Shown here one piece after another: positions 56,938 to 64,000 of a stretch of DNA of 64,000 nt (position 1 is its first letter; every line of letters begins with the position of its first letter). Below the pieces are notes generated by a model. That model made no database searches, had not been told where the DNA came from, and saw only the letters and a program-made list of their open reading frames with translations. The stretch covers positions 128,001-192,000 of the forward strand of contig OY969814.1 in assembly GCA_963703345.1 (NCBI GenBank), in the 5' to 3' direction. The DNA is from an uncultured Chloroflexia bacterium (GTDB taxonomy: Bacteria; Chloroflexota; Dehalococcoidia; DSTF01; JALHUB01). The position numbers and the translations under genes are program-made.

Positions 56938-58845
56938 TCAGCACAGTAGGCGGTTCAGGGTCTCCCGGACTTCGCGTATCTTGAAGGGTTTCGCCAGGCA
57001 GACGTTGGGGACTCTCTGGAGGAAATCGCGCGTCTCGGCGCTGACCGTGTCGCCGGTGATGAACACGGTGTTCCGAGCAAGTTCGGAGTCCATCTGCTTG
57101 ACGCGCTGATAGAGTGCCTGGCCACCCATCCCGGGCATCTTGATGTCTGTAATCAGCATGTCGTAGCCGTGGTCCGCCAAATACGATAGGGCCTCCTCAC
57201 CGTTGCTGGCCGTGTCGACCCTGTGGCCGTCGGCGGCCAGCACGTCGCGAAGCAGCGCCAGGATGTTCTCCTCATCGTCCACGACGAGTATGCGTCGGCT
57301 GATCTCCGCCGGCTGGAGCTCCGGCTCGCATTCGGGCGCCGGCAACTCCGGCCCTTCCACGATCGGCAGTTCGACGACAAACGTCGCGCCCCGATTCGGA
57401 CGGCTTTCCACGCGAATCCGGCCGGCGTGGTCATCGACGATGCCGTAAGAGATCGTCAGACCCAGGCCGGTCCCCTGGCCACCCTCTTTCGTCGTGAAGA
57501 AGGGATCGAAGACGCGGCGCATGTTCTCGGCTGGAATTCCGATTCCGTCGTCCGTGAATGAGAGGAGGACGTAGCCCTTCTCGGCGCGCGTGCGGATCTT
57601 CAACTTGCCTTTGCCGTGCGCGCTCAGCATGGCTTGCTCGGCGTTGGTGATGACGTTGAAGAAGACCTGCTGGATCTGATCGGGGTCCGACATCGTCAGG
57701 GGCAGGTGCGGATCGAGGTCAAGGTCGAGGTCGATGTTTTTGACCCGAAGGTCGTAGCTGCGCAGCTCGAGCACGCGTTCGAGCAGGGTGTTGAGGTTCA
57801 CGAGGCCCTTCTGCGCTTTCCGCCTTCGCGCGAACGAGAGCAGGTTCTGGACGATCTTGGCGGCGCGCTCCGCCTCGCTGTAGATGGTCTCGACATCCCG
57901 TCGCGTCTGTTCATCCAGATTGCGATTGAGAAGCAACTGGGCAAAGCCGGTAACGCCGGTCAAGGGGTTGTTCAATTCGTGCGCCACGCCCGATACTAGT
58001 TGGCCGACGCTGGCCATCTTCTCCGACTGAAGCAGCCTCTCCTGCATCAGGTGCTCTTCCGTCACGTCTCGGAGGACGATGACAACGCTTCCTTCGCCGC
58101 CAACTGTCGTGGCTGTCGCGGAGATATGGCGCTGGTTGTCTTCGCTGAAGCTAAAATCCTTGTGCTGCGGTGTGCCGGGTTGGGTCAGCGCTTGCTGGGC
58201 CAGCGCATCGAGCGGCGTGAGTCTGATCGACGCTTCGACCCCTTCGGAGCGGCCGGTCAGAGCAGCGATGAGGGCGCCGGCCCGAGCGTTCGATAGCACC
58301 GTCTTCATCTCCCTGTTCACCACCATTACGCCGTCCTGGAGACCGTTCACGACGTATTCGGCGAGCTTTCTGTCAACGAGGCCGGCCTCGTCCAGCCGCT
58401 CGAGGAACGCGGACGCCAGTTGAGCGGAGGCGTAGACGATGGCGCTCTTCTCGGCCGGGAAGGCGTCGATTGCTGCCGCACTGACTCTAATGAGCCCAGT
58501 TGCTCGGCCGCGGACGATGAGAGGCGCATCAATGGCGGAGAGCGCTGGCCCACCCCAGGCCTCGCCTCTGACAGGCCCGTTCCCCAGGTGGAAAACGTCC
58601 GGGGGCATTGCGACGCAACTCTGATGAGCGCCACCGGAGAAGCGGCGAAGGCCGTCCAGCACTCCCTCGGCGAGCTTCTGGGCGAACCGAGGTTGCAGAG
58701 GACGCGACGCAAAGACGACGGACCGGTCCTCGCCGTCGCGGCAAAGCACAGTGGCTGCGGCGTCGAACTTAAGGAGCGGACGCAGCGCCTCGAACAGGAG
58801 TCGCAGCACCTCGGTCTGAGTCAGAGATTGACGTTCGGACGGCAT
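56938..58845 (-). CDS. Hybrid sensor histidine kinase (GAF-PAS-HisKA-HATPase-REC)
   Basis: VAHELNNPL, DPFFTTK, GTGLGL, ILVVDDE, DIKMPG, KPF. Confidence 0.93.
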   Translation of the reverse strand: MPSERQSLTQTEVLRLLFEALRPLLKFDAAATVLCRDGEDRSVVFASRPLQPRFAQKLAEGVLDGLRRFSGGAHQSCVAMPPDVFHLGNGPVRGEAWGGPALSAIDAPLIVRGRATGLIRVSAAAIDAFPAEKSAIVYASAQLASAFLERLDEAGLVDRKLAEYVVNGLQDGVMVVNREMKTVLSNARAGALIAALTGRSEGVEASIRLTPLDALAQQALTQPGTPQHKDFSFSEDNQRHISATATTVGGEGSVVIVLRDVTEEHLMQERLLQSEKMASVGQLVSGVAHELNNPLTGVTGFAQLLLNRNLDEQTRRDVETIYSEAERAAKIVQNLLSFARRRKAQKGLVNLNTLLERVLELRSYDLRVKNIDLDLDLDPHLPLTMSDPDQIQQVFFNVITNAEQAMLSAHGKGKLKIRTRAEKGYVLLSFTDDGIGIPAENMRRVFDPFFTTKEGGQGTGLGLTISYGIVDDHAGRIRVESRPNRGATFVVELPIVEGPELPAPECEPELQPAEISRRILVVDDEENILALLRDVLAADGHRVDTASNGEEALSYLADHGYDMLITDIKMPGMGGQALYQRVKQMDSELARNTVFITGDTVSAETRDFLQRVPNVCLAKPFKIREVRETLNRLLC

Positions 58846-59152
58846 CCTGCACCCAAGCTTCTTTACGACGGAGGCATAGTCAGGCTAGCATAAAGATCCT
58901 GCGGCGGCAATCGGGAATTGCGCTCGAATCATCGTTAACCTGTAGTCAGAACCGTTCCCCTTACCTTCGAAAAGCGCCTAGGCGTATCCATCCGCCCCGG
59001 TTGGTGAAGAGCCGCGTGTGCCTCAGCAATCGCGTTCGCCACAATACGGGGTTCTCCTTATATGACAAAATCCCGTGATCATCGATACTGATTCACGGCA
59101 AGGATACCTGTGGCGGGGAATCCACCGATTCAACGAGACTTGGAGGTGCCTA

Positions 59153-59938
59153 GTGGCTTCCCAAGCCGACGCCGCCGCAGCCGCCGCGATCACGCCCTTT
59201 TCCGAACAGCCCCCCCAGCCAGAACTACGCGACCTCGTCCATGACTACATGCCGCTGGTGCGACACGTGGTCAACCGCCTCGTCGTTGGTTCGAGCGGCT
59301 CATCCATCCTTCAGTACGAGGACATGGTGAGCTGCGGCATGCAGGGCCTCATCGAAGCCTATCACTCATTCGACGCCACCAAGGGGGCGAAGTTCTCCAC
59401 CTATGCGCTGCCGCGCATTCGAGGGGCGATTCTCGATGCCTTGCGCGCTGCTCATCCGCTGCCCCGCTCTCTCCAGAAATTCTCCTCGGAGATCGAAAGC
59501 ACGATCAGCATTCTCCACAACGAGTTCGGGCGGGCGCCAACACGGGCGGAGCTTGCGGAGCGGATGGGCATGCCAATGCCTCAGTTTCTGGCCTCCCTCA
59601 GTCAGGCAAACGTGAAGATCGTGTCGTTGGATAATCTGGCTGACATGGCCGTGAACGGCAACAGTGAAAGGCTCGTGGAAATGGCGGACGAGGACCCCAG
59701 CATCGACCCGGACCAGGTCGCACAGCAATCGATGGTCAAGACAAAGCTCCAACAGGCAGTCAGCAATCTGCCGGAGCGCGAGAGGATTATCGTCCAGCTC
59801 TACTACATCGAATCGCGTTCTTTGAAAACCATCGGGAGGGCGCTGGGCATATCGGAATCCCGCGCTTCCCAGTTACGGCAGCGGGCGCTCCGGCGCCTGC
59901 GAGCAGCCCTCGTACAAGATATGGAGGAGGCGGCCTAA
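59153..59938 (+). CDS. FliA/WhiG family RNA polymerase sigma factor (sigma28)
   Basis: GLIEA...F.TYA..RIRGAILD.LR, ISESRASQL; GGAGG RBS before GTG. Confidence 0.9.
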   Translation: MASQADAAAAAAITPFSEQPPQPELRDLVHDYMPLVRHVVNRLVVGSSGSSILQYEDMVSCGMQGLIEAYHSFDATKGAKFSTYALPRIRGAILDALRAAHPLPRSLQKFSSEIESTISILHNEFGRAPTRAELAERMGMPMPQFLASLSQANVKIVSLDNLADMAVNGNSERLVEMADEDPSIDPDQVAQQSMVKTKLQQAVSNLPERERIIVQLYYIESRSLKTIGRALGISESRASQLRQRALRRLRAALVQDMEEAA

Positions 59939-60085
59939 AGTTGTCTGCGCCGCTGGCGACCCTCTTATTTCCGCGATGCTCCTCAAGAACCTCAGCGCAT
60001 CACGTCTCCGCTTACAGGAATGCACGGTCATGGTTTGGGAGTTTCCCTATAGGAGTCTGAAGCGCCGGGCGCTAGCATAGGGACG

Positions 60086-61237
60086 ATGGTTAACGGCAGG
60101 GAGGTCTTGAGATTCGGAGTCGCCGGCTCCGGCAACCGGAGTCAGGCGTATGCCCACGTCCTTGCGCAGCTAGAAGGGGCGCGCATGGCGGCGATAGCGG
60201 CGGGAAGTCGCGTCGCGGCCGATTTGCAGAGGAACATCCCGGGGCTGGCCGTCGAGAGGGACGTGAGCGGCCTGATCAGGCGCCCCGGCATTGACGCCCT
60301 GATCTTCGCCGATCCGGTGGTCGACCTCACGGCTCTGGTCCGACGAGCCCTCCTCGCTGACAAGCACGTACTGGCGACCGTGTCGTTGCCCATGACCTGC
60401 GGTCAGTTCGAAGAGCTCGCGTTGCTGGCGCGAAGACACGGCCGGCTGCTGATGTTCACTGAAGAGCGCTCGTTCCAGCCGGGGCTCGTCTTTCTGAAAT
60501 GGATGCTTTCCGGCGGAAAGAACCTCTGGCACCCGAGCTACGTTCGCGCCGTCTCGGCGCCCGGCGGCAACGGTGCGACTCCGCTAATCGGCGTCGTCAT
60601 CCTAGAAGAGCTGGCGCTGTGTTCTCGCCTTCTCGGGGAGAGCCCGACATCTGTCAGCGGAATTGTCCCTCGAGCGAACACGGAAACGGTACCGACTGCG
60701 GCTTTCCTCAACATGCTCTACGCGGACGGGCGAGCCGTCTCGCTGCAGATGAGCTCGACAGAGACGCAGGAGACCCGGCAGTGGACGCTAGCCACTCCGT
60801 CCAAGACTGTGCTGCTCGACGAGTGCGACCTGCGTTCGCCGCTGCGGATCGTCTCATCCGATCCAGAGGCGGCGCGCGGCGCCCTGCTTCGCGTCAATCC
60901 TCCCGTTCCGCTTTCGGAGTGGCCGACTGAGAGTACGGTCACGCCGCCGCTCCAATCTACGGACGTGAAGCTTGAGCAGTGCCGGCATTTCATGCAGAGC
61001 GTGATGAAGCCGGACCTGACTCAGACCAACGCGTCGTTCTGGGCGGAAGTGGCGCTCATATTCGAGGCGGTCCAGGAATCCATTCGCCTGGGGGGCATGC
61101 CAGTCAACCTGAACGCGGCGACGGAGCCGCAGCGGCGAGTTGCCGGCGAACGCCCCAAATTGCGTCTCATCCACGGGAAGGGAACAGGCGACATCGAGGC
61201 CCGGAAGAGGCCAGCGTTGACCCTCGTTCCACGCTAA
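60086..61237 (+). CDS. Degenerate Gfo/Idh/MocA-fold protein
   Basis: FGVAGSG Rossmann start, ALLADKHV; canonical EKP motif absent. Confidence 0.7.
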   Translation: MVNGREVLRFGVAGSGNRSQAYAHVLAQLEGARMAAIAAGSRVAADLQRNIPGLAVERDVSGLIRRPGIDALIFADPVVDLTALVRRALLADKHVLATVSLPMTCGQFEELALLARRHGRLLMFTEERSFQPGLVFLKWMLSGGKNLWHPSYVRAVSAPGGNGATPLIGVVILEELALCSRLLGESPTSVSGIVPRANTETVPTAAFLNMLYADGRAVSLQMSSTETQETRQWTLATPSKTVLLDECDLRSPLRIVSSDPEAARGALLRVNPPVPLSEWPTESTVTPPLQSTDVKLEQCRHFMQSVMKPDLTQTNASFWAEVALIFEAVQESIRLGGMPVNLNAATEPQRRVAGERPKLRLIHGKGTGDIEARKRPALTLVPR

Positions 61238-61272
61238 GGAAAGTTCCTCGCTCCAAGGATCGTGCCACGTCC

Positions 61273-61467
61273 CTATTCTGAAGCCGGCTTGGAGCCCTTC
61301 CCGTTACCGCGTTGCTCTTCGTCGCAGAGCTCCTCGCGCAGAACGATGATCTCCTCCGGAGCGCAGATGCCCAGTTTGACGCGGTCCCGTTCTACGCCGA
61401 GAACTCGCACTAGGATGTTGTCGTGGATGACGATCGCCTGGTCAATCTTGCGAGTCAGGATAAGCAT
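61273..61467 (-). CDS. csrA: Carbon storage regulator CsrA
   Basis: MLILTRK...VKLGI.AP..I.VLREE. Confidence 0.93.
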   Translation of the reverse strand: MLILTRKIDQAIVIHDNILVRVLGVERDRVKLGICAPEEIIVLREELCDEEQRGNGKGSKPASE

Positions 61468-61577
61468 TGGTTGTCACGCTATCATCGGGCATCGGAGTGA
61501 GGTCTTCCCGCCATACCCCTGGCTCTGACTCGACCTCTTTTGCCGCCGAGCCCGCATCTTTTCTTGCTGCAACGTAG

Positions 61578-61605
61578 TTATCGGCAGGAGTTGCCGGAAC
61601 AATCA
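61578..61605 (-). promoter_or_regulatory. Putative sigma28 promoter of csrA
   Basis: Perfect GCCGATAA -10 box at 61578-61585; -35 weak. Confidence 0.55.
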
Positions 61606-61722
61606 GAGGCGGAGGCTACGGGGATGAAGAAAAGGCGGGCTCGCGACAAAGATAAGGGATGAATCGTGGTCCGGGTGGACTATGTCGAAGAAGAGACGTG
61701 TTGCGGAAGAAACCCCGCCCAC

Positions 61723-62007
61723 CTATTCAGGGAGGACCATGGTTGCGCGGCGAAGGACTTCTTGCGCCGCTTCCAGTGAGTCGACGGCCAGGCAATCGCA
61801 ATAGGTAGCATAGATGCACTTGTCTAGGAGCCTCGTCCCTTCGAAGTTGAGCTGTCCACCATAGCTCTTCCTGAGGTCAAGGAGACGCTGGAGCCGTCGA
61901 AGAAACATCTGCTGCAGCGCTATCTGGGGGCATTCGGCCAGCAACGGAGCCAGCGCCGTCTCTTCCTGCTCGGTGTCGGTTGCGCTAAATCCTTGCCATT
62001 CGTCCAT
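61723..62007 (-). CDS. Hypothetical protein
   Basis: ORF 11 nt downstream of the response regulator with RBS; LLDKCIYATYCDC motif. Confidence 0.65.
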   Translation of the reverse strand: MDEWQGFSATDTEQEETALAPLLAECPQIALQQMFLRRLQRLLDLRKSYGGQLNFEGTRLLDKCIYATYCDCLAVDSLEAAQEVLRRATMVLPE

Positions 62008-62018
62008 ATCGGGATTCC

Positions 62019-62795
62019 TCAGACGGCGGTCGCCTCGTCCGTCATGCCGGGCGCGGCCTCCAGGTTCACGATCCCCTTGCGGATGGCGTAGCGAATCAGG
62101 TCGGTGCGGTTCTGGGCGTGGAGTTTGCTCATGATGTGCGCCTTGTGCGCCTCGACCGTCTTGACGCTGATGAAGAGGTCCTCCGCCACGCGCTGGTTCG
62201 AGTGACCCTCCGCGATTAGCTGCAGCACTTCGCGTTCGCGGCTCGTCAGCAGCTCATATCCCGCCTTGCCGTCGCCCTTCTGCGCCTGCCAGAGGAATTC
62301 GCTGATGGGGACAGTGTCGGAGATGATGGAACTGAAATAGGTGTTGCCGCGGTGGACGGCCTGAATCCCCAGGAGCAGCTCTGTGACGTCGGACTTCTTG
62401 ACAACGTAGCCGGAAGCGCCGGCGCGCAGGGCGGCCATTATCTGGTCGTCCTCCATGTAGCCGGTCAGGATGAGCACTCTCGTCTTGGGCACCCGCTTGC
62501 GTATCTGCCGCGTCGCCTCCAGGCCGTTGAGGCCCTGCATGACCATGTCCATCAGGACGACGTCCGGCAAAAGCTTCTCGGCGCTCTCTACGGCTTCGCG
62601 CCCGTTGCTGACGTCGCCGACCACTTCCACCTCCTGATGCGCATCGAGAAGGAGTCGCAGCGCCTGCCGCAGCACGGCGTGATCGTCGACGAGGAGGATC
62701 CGAATCCGACCGTTGGAGCGGCTCCAGGGCGACCCCTCAGTGGCATTCCTTGCTCGTGGCGCCAATCCCTTAGCGGTACCAGTTCCATCTTCCAT
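62019..62795 (-). CDS. NarL/FixJ family DNA-binding response regulator
   Basis: ILLVDDH, DVVLMD, LTSREREVLQLIAEG, ISVKTVEAH. Confidence 0.95.
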   Translation of the reverse strand: MEDGTGTAKGLAPRARNATEGSPWSRSNGRIRILLVDDHAVLRQALRLLLDAHQEVEVVGDVSNGREAVESAEKLLPDVVLMDMVMQGLNGLEATRQIRKRVPKTRVLILTGYMEDDQIMAALRAGASGYVVKKSDVTELLLGIQAVHRGNTYFSSIISDTVPISEFLWQAQKGDGKAGYELLTSREREVLQLIAEGHSNQRVAEDLFISVKTVEAHKAHIMSKLHAQNRTDLIRYAIRKGIVNLEAAPGMTDEATAV

Positions 62796-62918
62796 ACAGC
62801 ACTCCTTGCTGACCTGCCGCCCGGATATCCTTCAGATTCAAACCCTGCTGACGGGCAAAAAATCTATCACAATCATCCAGAATTGGCAAGCGAAAGCTTG
62901 CGGAAAAGTTCTCTTACG

Positions 62919-63137
62919 CTATTGCTCGTCATCCAGCGGGCCATACAGGGTGCTTAGGCCGCCGCTTGGACCACCCATCGTCAGCTCCTGGTAATCATCG
63001 AAGCGTTCGGTTGTTTCCAGTCGCGCCGGGTATTCGCGCCTGGCGTCGCAGATCTTGCAGACAGCGCTGATGACTTCGTTGTGGGGTTCCGTGAGCACCC
63101 AGTGGTGCTGGCAAAGGCGGACCGCTGTCTCTTCCAC
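62919..63137 (-). CDS. Small putative metal-binding protein (CxHHW...CxxC)
   Basis: CQHHWVL...CKIC; start may be 63137 or 63167. Confidence 0.6.
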   Translation of the reverse strand: MEETAVRLCQHHWVLTEPHNEVISAVCKICDARREYPARLETTERFDDYQELTMGGPSGGLSTLYGPLDDEQ

Positions 63138-63377
63138 TTTGATTCCTCTGACTCCCTTCAGAATCATCTGCTGGCAGTCTAGCTTCCCAAGCCGTCCATC
63201 TCTATCAGGGGAAACCCTTACATAATCGACATTATGCCCCTATTTCCGAAGACCGCCTGAGGGCAGGTGATCAACGGACGGGACGGTACGCTAAGGTGGG
63301 GAAATGAGCGTCGTCGAGGGAAGCGGCGACGAGCGCCCGAAAGAGGCGCCGCGATTCAGTTCTGTCCGGCTGGCGGC

Positions 63378-63755
63378 CTAAGTGATGAAGCGGTGGGACA
63401 GGAGAGGCTCAAGACGTCTGTGTCGCAGATAGCGCAGGTACACCTCGTGCGCGTTGTTGAGTGCGGTGCAGATGGCTCTTTGCGGCGGTCCCGCGTATCG
63501 CCGCTGAAACTCGGCCGTCGCTGCGTCGAATTCGGTCCGCAGGCTCCTGCCCAAGAGGAGGCTCGTCAGGAGGCGGTTTGCTGCCGGCAAAGGTCCGCTC
63601 ACCTCAACAGCAGTTATCAGAGCGTCCTCGCCTTCCACCTCCAGCTCGACGAGGACTATCGGGGCGTCGCTGGGTGAGAGGCTCTGAGGCAGTCGGGCGT
63701 GGCCGACGAAGACGAGCCTCTCCTGGTCCGCTTCTTCAGATTCGGCGTTGCTCAT
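63378..63755 (-). CDS. DUF3870-like protein
   Basis: VFVGHARLP...RYAGPPQRAI.TAL resembles DUF3870. Confidence 0.55.
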   Translation of the reverse strand: MSNAESEEADQERLVFVGHARLPQSLSPSDAPIVLVELEVEGEDALITAVEVSGPLPAANRLLTSLLLGRSLRTEFDAATAEFQRRYAGPPQRAICTALNNAHEVYLRYLRHRRLEPLLSHRFIT

Positions 63756-63879
63756 GGTCGCATCCTTGCCCACAAGAGAAAACGCGCCAGTAACAACACG
63801 GACGCTAGCGCGACAAGGGCGGGTTGTGGGGAAAGACGGAGGAAAGGAAGCGCAAAGATCGACATAAGCGGCGCAAGAA

Positions 63880-63909
63880 AAGAGGAGCGCCAGTTATGGC
63901 GCTCCTCTT
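63880..63909 (-). terminator. Rho-independent terminator of a minus-strand gene entering from the window end
   Basis: Plus-strand text AAGAGGAGCGCCA-GTTA-TGGCGCTCCTCTT (13-bp stem); T-rich run follows on the minus strand. Confidence 0.7.
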
Positions 63910-64000
63910 GCTTATACTTGCGTCCCAGTCCGCGCTCTAGAGGCGAAGTTTGCCGTGCGAAGGCTGGCGGCGTCTCTGGCGGACGCGACCGCTCTCGTCT

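Noticed and set aside
63915-63960. GGCAAAC...GGGACGCAA on the minus strand resembling a c-di-GMP-I riboswitch
   Set aside because: No GNRA-capped P2 stem or second stem-loop; it runs into a terminator and looks like a gene 3' end.

Overview
High-GC (by eye) bacterial chromosomal window, most likely Chloroflexota/Dehalococcoidia. This is an inference from gene content and GAAC-N4-GTTC LexA boxes. Positions 1-33.7 kb are core genome: the end of the rpsD-rpoA-rplQ-truA-rplM-rpsI operon, sugar-phosphate genes, tRNA-Arg and tRNA-His, rimO/scpB/mtaB, a SAM-I riboswitch-led operon with mtnP, ahcY and metK, an AAA+/vWA pair, and csoR-trxAB. Next comes tRNA-Sec (selC, 33712-33809). Its last 66 nt plus one base (67 bp, 33744-33810) are repeated exactly at 54284-54350, delimiting a ~20.5 kb island with no integrase and several decayed genes. 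Island cargo is redox, sulfur and metal related: an ORP-like DUF134/NifX/MinD cluster, DsbA-VKOR, ETF, a flavin oxidoreductase, catalase and CoA-disulfide reductase-rhodanese. The main finding is a gene the ORF track splits. It is a 236-codon MerB (organomercurial lyase)-like frame at 49117-49827 (-) with two in-frame UGA codons at the positions of MerB's two catalytic cysteines, each followed by a SECIS-like hairpin. It is a probable double-selenocysteine enzyme carried on an element inserted in selC. Other highlights are a LexA-boxed 36-37 aa zinc-ribbon microprotein, uncharacterised genes under the SAM riboswitch, a CsoR-type operator over the trxAB promoter, and a sigma28/CsrA/NarL-family regulatory cluster with a recurring 16-bp palindrome. 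All family calls come from motif recognition; no database searches were run.
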